Assembly (NCBI GenBank): GCA_036172245.1
Contig: JAYWIR010000027.1
Span: 1,240,001-1,304,000 of the forward strand
Origin: Raillietiella orientalis
Taxonomy: Eukaryota
Direction of reading: 5' to 3'
Length of the DNA stretch: 64,000 nt
This document shows positions 48,611 through 60,329 of the stretch, in pieces. Position 1 is the stretch's first letter. Each line of letters starts with the position of its first letter. A program made the position numbers and the translations under genes. Below the pieces are notes generated by a model. It worked only from the letters and a program-made list of their open reading frames with translations. It did no database searches and was not told the DNA's origin.

Positions 48611-49117
48611 CCCTTTGAGTGCTATGGACACGTAGATGTGTCCCACGAAAATCATTGGCGTGGACTGTGGACGCGTCATATGAGTTTGGCAAGTGCTTTC
48701 ACATTGTACACGCGGCACAAATTAGCACTATCCGTGTTTGAGGTGGACGACGCATCCACTCACGTTCTTACAGTTCCCTTGGCAACGACAGTAAACAAAA
48801 TTCTATTTATATATCGGCCAGCGATTTCTCTCGGTGTGGCATGTAATTTATTATGCCGTTTTTCATCTTTGCGATGTCTTGAAAAATGTGAAAGAATGAT
48901 TGATTTCTTCGAATTATAATGACAACTTTTAAATAAATAATATGTGTTTGGAAAAAAATGGAAATATTCCATTTAATGTGGTGTAAATAAACAATTACAA
49001 TGAATGAGCACTTTATGCAGTGAGTCGGTACTTCGATGGAGCACGCGGTGCGCGAAAAAGCGTTCCGTCCTTCTGTGACTCAACACGGAACGTTGCAATC
49101 TGATGAGCTCCAAAGGG
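48611..49117. mobile_element. piggyBac-type non-autonomous element (MITE), 507 bp
   Basis: TTAA (48607-48610) | CCCTTTG ... CAAAGGG | TTAA (49118-49121); AT-rich non-coding interior. Confidence 0.75.
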
Positions 49118-49814
49118 TTAAAGAGCCACGAGATTTCCCCATCTGGTGCTGGGGTTAACCCTTGACGGTGAGAGCGCGCCAGCAGGTGGCATGGATGCCT
49201 AAGAACCGTGTTTTAGGAGGCACTCCCGCGAACCACCAGCCAGCTTTCCCGAGAGATTCGTCAAGAAGGTGACTGTTCTCTCCTGAACAAGTCCGGGAAA
49301 ACAGGTTTCTCAGGATGGCATTACGACGTCTGACGTCAGCTTGTTTCTTGGAAACGGACGAATCGAAAAGAGAGCTGATAGCGCGCGCTAGTGGACGGAC
49401 AGGCTTTCTCGTCCGGCGAGGGCGACCCGAGTTGAAGGATTTCTGCCTAAGGAACACCCTTTTACGAAAGGGCTTTCCCTCTTTTCGAACCTGCAAGGAG
49501 AAGAAGAAAAAAAAGATTCTCTCTGGACGCTTTGCCCTTTTTCGAGTATGGCGCTGTCAGTTGACCATCGGATGACGCCCAGGACCATCAAGTCGAGTGT
49601 CACTAAGCACAGGTTCCGGCTCTGATTCGTCAGCAGAATTCCGTGCCATTAAATGAAAGGACAGTAAGAATGGTCTATTCGCATTCAGCGTGTGGGTCTT
49701 TGCATTCGTACCTATTTATCCGTCAGTACGCCACCGCTTCCAACTATTTCCGTGCTCTCCACGTGGGAAAACAAAGCTGGAGACTTCGACCGCATTCTGA
49801 CCGGCGTTGCACGT

Positions 49815-50100
49815 TATAGGGGTAACCCGGGAGGGGCCACCCTACGAATCCAGGAAGGCTCCGGAGGAAAGAGTCCGTTCCTCTCACGCTTGGGAGGGAA
49901 CCCCGAAGGACTCCTTGATTCCTGGAAGCAGCCCAGAGGGTCAACTTTCAATCCCGGTCAGTCGACGAGGACATCCGGTTTCCGGTTTCCACCGGTGCCG
50001 CAAGCGAATAGGCCAACCAGCGTCATCCTGCGGGGGCAGGGGGGGGGGGGAGGGTTCGAACCCGCGACGCGCGGAGGTCGCAGACGCACGGCCGCCAGCA
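49815..50100 (-). mobile_element. tRNA-headed SINE-like repeat, copy 2
   Basis: GTTATAGGGG...CCACCCTACGAATCCAGGAAG collinear with 60971-61020. AGGCCAACCAGCGTC is followed by GGGTTCGAACCCGCGAC (B-box/T-arm). Confidence 0.7.
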
Positions 50101-51879
50101 AGAGCGTTTCTCACTTGAAGAGCCAGTCTTTTTTTTCGTTTCGCACGCTACGCATGCGCGCTCCACTTAGCACGTGCGTTTCAGCGTATGGACGGCGGCG
50201 GCGGAGGTCGAACCTCGTGGCTTGATCTCTTGATGTCCGCTTTCATCGGTACTGCGCACCCCGTGCAGCTGGTGCGCCGCCTGATCTGCACAAGGGACAT
50301 GCTCATGGCCGTTCCCGCTTCGTCCACCGTACCCACGTGATTTAACATTCAAGACCGCGTCGCGCTTGCCGCTCGTTTCATCCGTTGCCAAGTGACGGCT
50401 GGAACGAAAAGGAGAAGCAATCCTCCCTCGCTAAAGTGACCTTAATCCAAATTTCAGGCAAGATGTTTGAAGGGTGGACTCTGATCGTCCTCAAGAATCC
50501 TCCATTAGGGCAGCAAACGAAAAGCATTCGTTTCTAGGGCAGAGATGCATCTGTTGGGCGTAATGAATCGGGAGTCTCAGTTCGTTGCCGTTCACTGCCG
50601 TGTTTGTCGCCTCCGCAACCCCCTCCCCCTCGCCCCCTCCTATTCTGGTGCTGCTCCCACCGCGATGCATTCCTCGTGGCTGCGGAACCGGAGAGCGTTC
50701 TTTCCACGGGGGAGGAGATCTGACATCTCCAGAGTGTCCTCCCGTGTTTCGGAGTTCTTGTCGTAGGTCGACGACGACGCCCTTCGGGTGCGCTCGATCA
50801 AGCAGGCAGGCACTGCGTTCCTCTTGCCGAGACCCACGTGCCCTGAGGACAGTTTCTCCCCGTTGTCGCTTCCGAGTCTTCGAAACCTCTCTTAAGCGCT
50901 GCTGAGCGTTTACGGATCCAAGGAAATGGAACGGATGTTCTCGAGGGACGCTGCTAGGAGTCGAAGAAAGGGGGAGGGGGAAGGGCGCTGATCGGTCTGG
51001 TTGTCTGAGAGGATGTCCGACTTTCCCCTGCAGAAGTGGATGCTCAAAAAGGAACGAGAAGGAATCTTAAGAGTTCATGGAACATCCCGAACGGTTCTCG
51101 ATTTCAAGAAGGGAAAGCGGGAGTAAGCTGGCCACCATGACTGAGGTGTCCATCATTCTACAGCTCCTAGGAGTCCCTCTGAGAAATTCCAGGGCTGGCC
51201 ACGCGCAGCGTCCCGACCTGGTTTCCGAAGAGCCTCTGGAGATACCTGGAAAACGAAGCAGCTGCGAATTCCGGAAATGCTTGCGGGGCAAACAGTCAAG
51301 AGCTATATCGGAGAGAATCCGCAGAAGCAATCCCCGTGGGAATCGGAGGGGGGGGGGCTCTCGGGCAACGGCTCGTGGACCTGCGTTAAGTGGGGAAAGC
51401 AACCTCCTCGGCCGGCAGTCCACTTCTTCTTGCGCGTCTGGCAGTTCGCAAAGGCTACTACTTCGAAGCCCGGCCGACAACGCAGATGCATCTGGCGGAG
51501 CGTCCCGCAGGGCGTGGCAGGTGAAGCTCGCCCAAAGAGCGAGCGGAAGAACACCCGCCGCAGAGGACTTCCAGGGAAAAGGAGTCCCGGAAGGCAAAAT
51601 CTGCTGGTGCAGGAACACCGAGCCGGGTGGTGCAGCGCGTGTCTTCGGAGCGGGAAGGCCGGGCGTGCGCGCGAGGAAGAAGCAAAAAAACGCAGTGCGA
51701 AACAAAAGAATTCCGCGTGACCCGCGATGAGGAAGCACCCGGCCGGCCCGCCTTCCCGCCGAAAGCGGAGTCGCTTCCGGCGGGATGAAATTTTTCCTAC
51801 GCAGGAGCATCAGGTTCGGGCGGTGCCCGAAGTCAGGGCTCCCACCGAAATCGTGGTCGACGAAACCCCGAAAGACCAC

Positions 51880-52395
51880 AAAAAATAACCACATATGCTT
51901 ATTTTGTGGATCCATGCAATTAAAAATATGTATCAATATATTATTTGGTATATATTAAAGGCTATGCAAACAAATGTATATTTTATTATATGTATTAATA
52001 CATAAATTTATATATTGAATGATATACAAATGTATTCATATTTACTAACATGCGTATATTAATATAATTCATAATATGTTTATTATATATTTATATATAG
52101 ATTAGTGTGCATGAAAATAAATATGTGCATTGATTACATATATTTATATATAATAAACATTAAATGAATACCTAAATATCGAAGTATAGAAAATAAGAAA
52201 TAATGGTTACGGTTAAAAATAGCCGAAAAAAGCATACAAATTAAAAAACACACACACAATTTGACATATGCAAACGTCATTAGAGGAAATTATACCATAT
52301 ACACAATAAGCATACGTATTTATTTTTTTTATAATTGTTATGATGTACGGTAATGTATGCATACGCATATTGATATACAGTGATAGGCATGTCTA
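51880..52395. repeat. Extremely AT-rich (TA-rich) low-complexity island
   Basis: Sharp compositional boundaries against GC-rich flanks. Confidence 0.9.
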
Positions 52396-54377
52396 TACCC
52401 TTTTCATACTCTCCCTGGACTTCTGCATGTGGGATTTCGAGCCCAACTCCCTCGTGTAAGATCCGAAAGGCAAAGCTCGCGCCTCCCCCCGTTGCCTCGG
52501 GAAACGGCCGGGAGCGAAGAGAGCGACGCGGTCGACCTATTCCTTCGCGGTCCAACGCTCCTCGACCCTCCTCCTGCCTTCCTACAGGAGCCCTAACTTC
52601 TCCTTCCTCCTCCATTAAGTGAAATTGGGACGTGGCTTCGTCGGGAAAGGGGAAGAGAACCGGTGGTCCATCTGATCTCGAAGGCGCCCTCGGTCGAAAG
52701 GCAAAGGGCAGACTCAAGGCTTCCGGCAATTCATCCGAACTCTTCTCGCGTCACATTGCGTTCGGTGGGGAGGATAAGGGGGAGGGGGAAGCAAGCGACC
52801 AGGCCGGTGGAGAGAGCCTGGTTGCTCCGGGCGACTCGAGAGCCGGGAGAATCCATTCTTCCGGGCGAACCCATTACGAGGGCGGGCTTGGTTAGACCGG
52901 TGGAGCGCTCTGCGCTCCACGCCTGTGTCCCCGGAGCACCGGACGCCCTTCCTGGATTCCGCTGGCCTGCTACGGGAGCCTACTCTCTGGTAGTCTGACT
53001 GACTCTTTCAAGACCTCCAGCATCCTCAACACGTCGTTGTCGACACGATGCTGCGGCTTCAAGGAACACCTCCACTGCAGCCAGGACTCCCTTTGAGGCA
53101 AAGCAGAGCGCCAGACCTTTCTTGATTCTCCTTCTTCTGCCACGTGTCCTCCATTGCTTCTATGGGGGATTTTTCCCGTGCATGCCACGGTTCTGTGACG
53201 ACGACGCCATCCGCCAGGCCTCATCACGGAGTCTTCTCCTAGGACGGACCGTCTGGAAGCCACTCACCTCCATTCCTGAAGGGGAAGCCCATTAATCCCT
53301 CCCACCATTTGGTCGCCATGTTGCATGCCACCTCATGGCGGCAGAGGCGAAAGCGTTCGGCGAAAACTCGATCGATGTCTGCTACGGGCATCCTCGGTTC
53401 GCCAGACCCTGCCGAACCTACAAAGCATCACGGAAGGGGCGCTGCCAGACCCAATCCTAGCGGGACCCACGTCAGTTCCAGTCTAAGGGCTCTGGAGAGA
53501 GCCCCTACCCCAGAGAGCAGTTCCAGATGGAGGCCGGATTCGGTACTCTGGGAAGAAAGCTTACGTACGCGGGTTCTCCGGCGAGGCATCGGAGGCTGGA
53601 GAGGGAGGCTAGAGTGGTGGGTCCGCTCTCCACTTTGTTCCGGAAGGAGCACCAGCGATTTTGAAAGCGGCAGTCCACGGAACTACTGGGAGCCTGCGAG
53701 CTACGGCATACCCAGGGTGCCAAGCCTACCGAGGAAGACGACAGACGACCTCGGAAAAGAGGTTACCTTTCCGAGCACCCGATGCTTGAGAGGCGTTTCC
53801 ATGGGATGGGTCACCATCCGAAACGAGCCTGCCCTGTCAGCCGACTCAATGAGAAACACGGAGCAGTTCCTGCATCTTCAGGAGAGGATGACGTGTGGAG
53901 GAGAATGGAGGCAATCCCTTTCATGGCTTGTTCTTGCCTCCCTCCCCCCATCCCGTGGGCATGAACTGGGAGAACCAACTGCTAATAAAGGTGACGTAGG
54001 GCTTCCTTCCATACCCCACACCGCTGGCGCATTCGGCCAGTCCGATCCCCTGAACTGGAGGCGCTTTACAGACAGGAGGTCCAGTGGGCCCGCGCGAGCC
54101 ACAACTGTACCCCGCCAACCTCAGGTGCTCTCCTCCGTCCGCTTATCACCTCGGATCCTCGGCGTCTCATGTAATCCACCTCAAGGAGGAGGAACGGATG
54201 CTGTTCTGGGAAACCCACGTCGAACTCGAAATGTTCCCAGCTCGGGTTTCCTGTGAGGCGAGGCCGGAAGAAGAAGAAAAATGCATTGCGATCGGAGGAT
54301 GTGCGAATCCAAAGGCAGTCCAAATCCCTTTTCCTCTGTGCTCCTCCGGAGCGATGTGGAGCCTGTGTGCGACAGTC

Positions 54378-54446
54378 TCCGAGGTATCAAATGGATTTGT
54401 AGCACTGAGAAAGGGGCTGCGGGTTCGAATCCCGGGCGTAGCTCCA
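54378..54446 (+). mobile_element. tRNA-derived fragment (SINE head or tRNA pseudogene)
   Basis: T-arm/B-box GCGGGTTCGAATCCCG; no complete cloverleaf; resembles the minus-strand copy at 56655-56740. Confidence 0.45.
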
Positions 54447-54650
54447 CTCCACAAAGCCTTTCAGCTAGTAGAGGACTCCTTACTCACAAAACGTCATGGA
54501 TGGAGGGAATTTCCGAAGAATATGACGCCAAAGGAGGAACAGCCCCAATGAAAAAAACAGCATTGATACCTGGAGCTTCTTGTAATGTGAGAATGCACTT
54601 GAAACCGGCCCACTCGGCTTCGTTTCGACGCAACCACGTTCGAGGCGAGC

Positions 54651-55080
54651 CGCTCGCCCGCAATTTTTAGATCGCATTGTCGGGCGCCATGTTGTTGGCT
54701 CACGCTGGCGCCACGACGCCCCGTGCCTGCTCGCAGAGCGTGCTTTCCCGAATATCTTCACGCTCTTCTTCGGAAGCTGAGACGCCCTCACCTCGGTATC
54801 GCAGAAGAAAGGAGCTGGGCACCAGATGGAGGCTTCTGACGTCCTGGTGCCAGCTACCCACCCCTCGCCGCAGAGCCACGCTCGAGAGGCGGACCGGTTT
54901 AAAGTCGCTCGCCCAAAATTTTTAGAACGCATCGTCGGGAGCCATGCTGTTGGCGCACGCTGGCGCCACGACGCCCCGTGCCTGCTCTCAGAGAGTGCTT
55001 TCCCGAACATCTTCACACTCTTCTTCGGAAGCGTCGAAGCTCGCAACTCGGCATCGCAGAAAGAAAAAGATGGGCATCAG
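54651..55080 (+). repeat. Direct duplication of a ~175-bp unit at 255-bp spacing
   Basis: 54651-54825 aligns with 54906-55080; 11 differences in a 120-nt core. Confidence 0.92.
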
Positions 55081-56654
55081 TCAGCATCTGTTAGTCCATC
55101 CGCACGCAAAGAAGATTTCGGTTTCGTTAAAGAAAGCTGACGGGCGCAAAAGCTGGGGTTTGGATCGTTTTTTTGCAGCCGAATGTGATAGCCGTGAATT
55201 TTTACAGTCATTTGGATGTCAATCCGTAAAGTTGGACTTTGGGGGGATCGGTTCGACTTGACTCTTCTCGTATTCCATCTCCGCTTCTAGGTAGAGCCTC
55301 TCACTCGTAGAGCCTCAAGACTCAGCAGCCCGCTCGAGAAAGGGCAGAACTTGATCTCGAGAAAAAAATTCCCACTTTCCGATCGGTTCACCGCTGCCCT
55401 TGATGGTATCTTCGTGGATACCCATTCTGGCCCTCGTTATCTCTCACCCTCACTCGAAACCCTTCCGGAAAACGGGTGACACGAAAGATCAGTCAGTGCC
55501 CCCCCGAATTTTCCGACAAGCCGCTTAGCCATTCCTGGTGCAAATGCTCCGCACCTCGGCGAAACGGCGGCTTCCCAGCTTCTTCGGTGGCGATCAGCGC
55601 ATGGAGAATGTGAGGGTCGGAAGGGGTCCAATGGCACAACGGAGGAGGAATGCCATTCCTTTCAGCATCCAGGGGACAAAAAGCCCTGCTGTTCTTAGCA
55701 CTCAAGCGGTGACTCCCTCATGTACTTATCGCGCCGTTTTAGCGGTCCCATTGCAGAGTTGCTCTTGCCTTTCTTCTTCTTTTGTTGCTCTCACTCTTTC
55801 GGTCCCGAATCTGCCCAAAGGAGTGAAGCGAAATGCGCCACAAAACTCTCACGCTCTACTGTTGAACTCGTCTCCCTACTCTGGACACCCCAGTGGACAA
55901 GAAAAGCATCGATCACACCTCCACAAAGAAAGGTCCTCTCTGTTCCAAGAATGGACGCTGCCCCTTTGTGGCATGCAAATTTGTTTTATTGTACAGGAAA
56001 GGTGGATATACCATAATGATGCTGAAAGGGGCAAAGTTCGCACCAGCAGGTTCCTGGCTGCCTCCGGCATGGGAGACGGAATGCAGGATACCGGACGGGG
56101 AAGTGACCCTCGCAGAAGTAAATAAAGTCGTAAACAAGTCTCTTTCGTAAGTCGAGTCTTTCTGCCTCACGGCTTCGTTTCCGCGTTTCGGATTCCGGAG
56201 GGCGAAGTACGCCTCCGCACGCAACAGGAAACGTTGCGGAACGCCGTTCGGGAGTTCCGCCTTCCGGAGCGCGGAGCTCCGGAAGCGAAAAGGCTCGAAA
56301 TTCGCGGGAGGCTGCGCGGTCGCATCAGGAGGGACGGAGGAACTGCCTCCCCGGTAAAATCGCGAGATCAGGGAACCTTCAAAAGACCATCTGGCACCAC
56401 GAGAAGAATTGCCAAAAGGGCGTTTTTTTCCGCAGCTTCCGCCGTTTCGTGGATCCGTCCCCAATGCGGCGTTGTTTCGACAAGACTGGTCCGCTGCGGT
56501 GCTGAAGAGTGAGGTCTGATCCCCGGTTGAGGTAAGGACTTGACGGGAGCAGGGAGTTTTTTTTTTGGAAGGGGGAGGGGAGGGGGACTGTGCGGAGGTT
56601 GCTTAGCCGAGTTTCGCCCCTGCGCGAGCCCAAAGCATTGTTAAGGCAAGAAGC

Positions 56655-56740
56655 TTTCACCGGACCAGGATTCGAACCCGCTGCCTTCCAGTCGGTACTG
56701 GGGAAAAGACTTTCGCGGTCTGTTCGCGTTGAGCCTCGGT
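56655..56740 (-). mobile_element. tRNA-derived fragment (SINE head or tRNA pseudogene)
   Basis: Minus strand reads GGCAGCGGGTTCGAATCCTGG; no full cloverleaf. Confidence 0.45.
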
Positions 56741-57390
56741 GTTGTGCGAGTGGAGAAGTCGGTGATGTTCTCTCGGAGGTTCCAGTGCTCGCGAATCTGC
56801 CAGAGGGTTCTCGTGCTGAGGTCGACGCGTCCTTTCGGAGAGCGGAAACCGATCGAATCCCGGTCGATCGATCGACACCCGAACGTATCGACTTGTGAAC
56901 CGGCTCAGTCGGCATCGCACGACTGCGGATCCTGAAGAACCTGGGAGGACGAAAAGGTCGTCGCCTTCGGAACGCAGACCCTGGAATCTTCGGCTCCTGC
57001 GCGCCTCACATCAGGAAGGATGAGCAAGGCAAAAAGAGCCCAGGCACCATGGAACTTCGAGGGAGGCGAGATGAAGGCTGAAGAGCAGTCGAACAGTTCA
57101 CATCTGACCTGAGCTCGAACTGCGAATTCAACTCCAGCGTTCTACACTTTGCAGAGTTGGGAAGACTGAACGTTCCCTTCCATAGGTGGCCCGGATCAGC
57201 GGGAGAAGGCGGCGTGCCCTGCGTATCGCACAGCACCATGGACCTTGGAACAGTTTCTCGTCCACCGGGGATCGCTTGGGACTCCGGATTCATGCGTGCT
57301 GTCTGCCTGAATCCTCCGCCAACCGGCACCTGCAAGAACCTTCTGCGCAGAGGGCGCGCGATGCGGGTGGACAACCAGTTGCGCCGGGGC

Positions 57391-57960
57391 GTTCATTTAT
57401 ATAAAATGAACACACAAGTCAGTGGCAGGACGCTTGCTCATGCCACGTTGCAAATATAAGAGGAACCTGGCAAGGACCGGCGCGCAGGCCGGGGAGGTTC
57501 GGCTCGACAGCAGAGAGGCTGAGAGCGACAAACAAAAAGAAAAAAATAAAACAAAAAACATGCAGTCGAAAAAATGGAGGGGTTCGGGTAGGCATCACAG
57601 TGTGCTGGAGGGCGTCCTCTGCATCCTTGTAAGGATGCCGGCAAGTTCCTGTTTCAAGGCTCCCAGAGGGAACCACCTTGACGCTACCCTCATGAAGAGG
57701 ATAGCGTCAAGATCCCTCGTGAAGAGAACGGAAAAATATATGCCGTCCCTGTCGTCCTGCCACTGCTCCACACAGCCACGATCTCGCTAGGCAGCACAGC
57801 GCTGCTAGGGATTCGGCCTTCCGGCGTGAGGGCGCTACGCAGGAGGAGGCGCTTCGAAACGCCTCTGGAGTTGCCCTCAGGGATCCGCAGGGACGCGGCA
57901 AAGCGTTCCCACATGGGAAGAAGGGCGGGAGGTGTCACCTCTGCTTCCGCACGAGGTGGT
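57391..57960 (-). mobile_element. 5'-truncated LINE remnant, same subfamily as 10930-11678
   Basis: PMWERFAASLRIPEGNSRGVSKRLLL vs PLWERFPASLRIPEDNPRGISKRLFL; GTCRHPYKDAEDALQHTV. The UTR block TGCCACGTTGCAAATATAAGAGGAACCTG is identical. Confidence 0.88.
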
Positions 57961-58389
57961 AGATGATGCTCTACCACCTCGTGCGGATTTTCCGTCTGCT
58001 CGTCGGCGGACGCGGAGCTCTGATTAACCGAACAGAAGAGGAGATGCAGGAGAAATGGGCGTTGACGGCCTTCGACCAGCCACTACTGAGCAGCGCAGGC
58101 ACATGACCCTGATGGCCTGACAGGCGCTTCAGACGAGTCCGGTCGTCATGCCCGAGGTATTCTCGTAAGGACGGGGCCACAACGCTGGGAAAAGGCAAGC
58201 CAAAGAGTGGAAGACCAAATTCCCAGCACCGTCTCCCCTCTTCGTCTCCATAGAGCGGCCGGCTACGGTGAGAGCACTGGTGGTAATGTGTGCGAGGACC
58301 TCAGAGAACCCTATATGGCTCGTCTAATGCAGGAAGCATAGCAAGAACATAGGATGGTGTGCGTCAGCATGCGGAGCTTTGATGGTACA

Positions 58390-59760
58390 TGTTTTCCACC
58401 CGGTTTTGCCAGGACATTCATTATTAAACAAAATAATAATAATAAACGTGCACTACAAATGTTCAAAGAGTTGTGGTGGAACACTTGTTTGCATCACGTG
58501 CTCGGGACTTGCCATGACCGGTATGTAGACCGGTGAGGTTTGTTCTCACAGAGACGGGGAGGGAAAACTGAGGAAGGGAGGGAAGGGGGGGGGGGGGAAC
58601 AAACAAAAAGAGAAAAACGGGAGGAAAATTTTCATTGGAGAGGAGGAGGGGACCGGGGATGGGATCACGTTTGGCTGGGAGACGTCCTCAGCATCCTGTG
58701 GAGTATGCTGGAAAGTTCTGTACGCATCTAGTGCAGGTGGGACCATCTCGAGGCGGTTCTCGGGAAGATCCGCGCTCAGTGGATGGCGTCCCTGCCGTTT
58801 CGATCTCTTCTCCTGGCGTTCCAGGTCGCCGTGATCCCGCGAAGACAGCAGAGCACTGCGAGGGACGCAGTAGTGCGGCACCGCGCGCGAAGAGGCGTCT
58901 GCAAATGTTCCTAGGGTCGTCTTAAGGCGATCCCAAAGGGGACAGAAGGCAGCACAGTCAAGCAGGAGGTGCGGAAAGGTCTCCTTCTCGCCGCACCTTC
59001 CACAACTGGCATCCACCCTCCCCCGTGTCCAGTGACGAAGGCGCGCATTAAACGGGATTCCCCAATGAGAAGATGGTACATGTCGGGGCACAGTCTGGAC
59101 CTCAAGGACCAGAGTCCACGAACAGTGTCTCCGGCCACAACGAATACTGGATTCATGGAACGGCCCCCTCCCAGAGTGCCACCTAAGTTGAAGAGTTGAC
59201 AAGCACCATCGGGCGGCGCGGACAGCGTCGAAGAGCTTCGTGAACTCCTCTCAAGGAGGCGAAAGTGGAAAGAAGGCAGAAGAAACGGAAGAAGAACTCG
59301 GAAGGATTTCCATCGCACGCATGCACACACGCAAAATTCTGCTTCGAGGGTTCCGCGTGTTTTCAGACACGCAACGGGCATTTTGTTTTTTTTTTGCTTT
59401 CCGATCTCACGGATGCTTTCCTTCAGAGCACGCAACTCGGCAAGAACCGCTTGTGGGAATTCCTCCACCTCCGGGAAGAGCCTCGCATCTCGCGGGCCCG
59501 AACCGTGCGTAATCGGACGGCGCCGTTTCGTTCCGGCGAAGATTTTCCGGAGCCGGTTTTGGCCGGGCTTGCGCGCGCGCGCACATACGTGCTCGCGTTC
59601 TTCGTCTCCAACACTCCCGTGGCACCCTCGGTTTTTGCAGGGAGTCGCGAGCACAACCGGGCTGGAGTGGGCGAAGGGACCGGCCTGCCTGGAGGGCTGC
59701 TGCTCCGGCGAACCCATGGGTGCCAACTCCGTCAGCGCGGCCCTGCCTTCCTTGACAGGC
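58390..59760 (-). mobile_element. 5'-truncated LINE remnant with the best-preserved zf-RVT
   Basis: HWGIPFNARLRHWTRGRVDASCGRCGEKETFPHLLLDCAAFCPLWDRL (C-x2-C...H-x4-C); 3' UTR hairpins. The 5' boundary is approximate. Confidence 0.88.
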
Positions 59761-60329
59761 TCTAGGAGATGTTGGCGATAAAAAGTGTCAGGGCTGATTG
59801 CCGCAGAGGGAGGCGGCGGCCGCTTATCTCGTCGTCGTAGGCCTCCGGGCTAAGAGTTCCGTCGTCGGCGTCTTCGCCTTGTCCCGGTGCTGCCTGCTCT
59901 TTGGCTGTGCCGTCGGACCGAGAGGCACTCAGGAAGGCCGCTGCGGTCGCGCATGCGGTTTGATCCTCTCGAAACGCCCGGCTCTAACCTCCGGTTCGGG
60001 AGGGTCCGCCGAGATGCGCATCGGAGGGGAGTGCATTCCTCCTCACTCTGCGGGGCGGGAATTTGCGGACGAAAGGCGGCTGGACAGCGCCTACAGTGGC
60101 CGAACGTTTTCTCTCGCTTTCTTCCCTCATCCTCATCCCTGTTGCACGTCCTCAGTGCGTGGAAGGACTTTTCCAAGGGCACCTACCCTCCCGTCACCTG
60201 CATCCGCAAAGGTGGAGAGAGCTCTAGAGACACGCCCTTCTTCTTCATCCTCATCCGCGGAGCCCCCAAAAGTTCGGTAGAACTTTCCAGCACTCGTCGT
60301 GTTCTTTCATACGCTTCCTTTTTTGTTTT

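Noticed and set aside
51150..51450. DIRS/tyrosine-recombinase-like hints (WFPKSL, LAGQTVKSYI)
   Set aside because: Short motifs in different frames; no RT, RNase H or catalytic YR residues found.
53309..54256. 315-aa ORF with a LINE ORF1-like stretch (SYGIPRV...LRGVSMGWVTI)
   Set aside because: Resemblance is impressionistic; no zinc knuckle or adjacent ORF2.
54378..56740. Functional tRNA genes at the GGTTCGAATCC motifs
   Set aside because: Only T-arms are recognisable; acceptor, D and anticodon stems could not be built.
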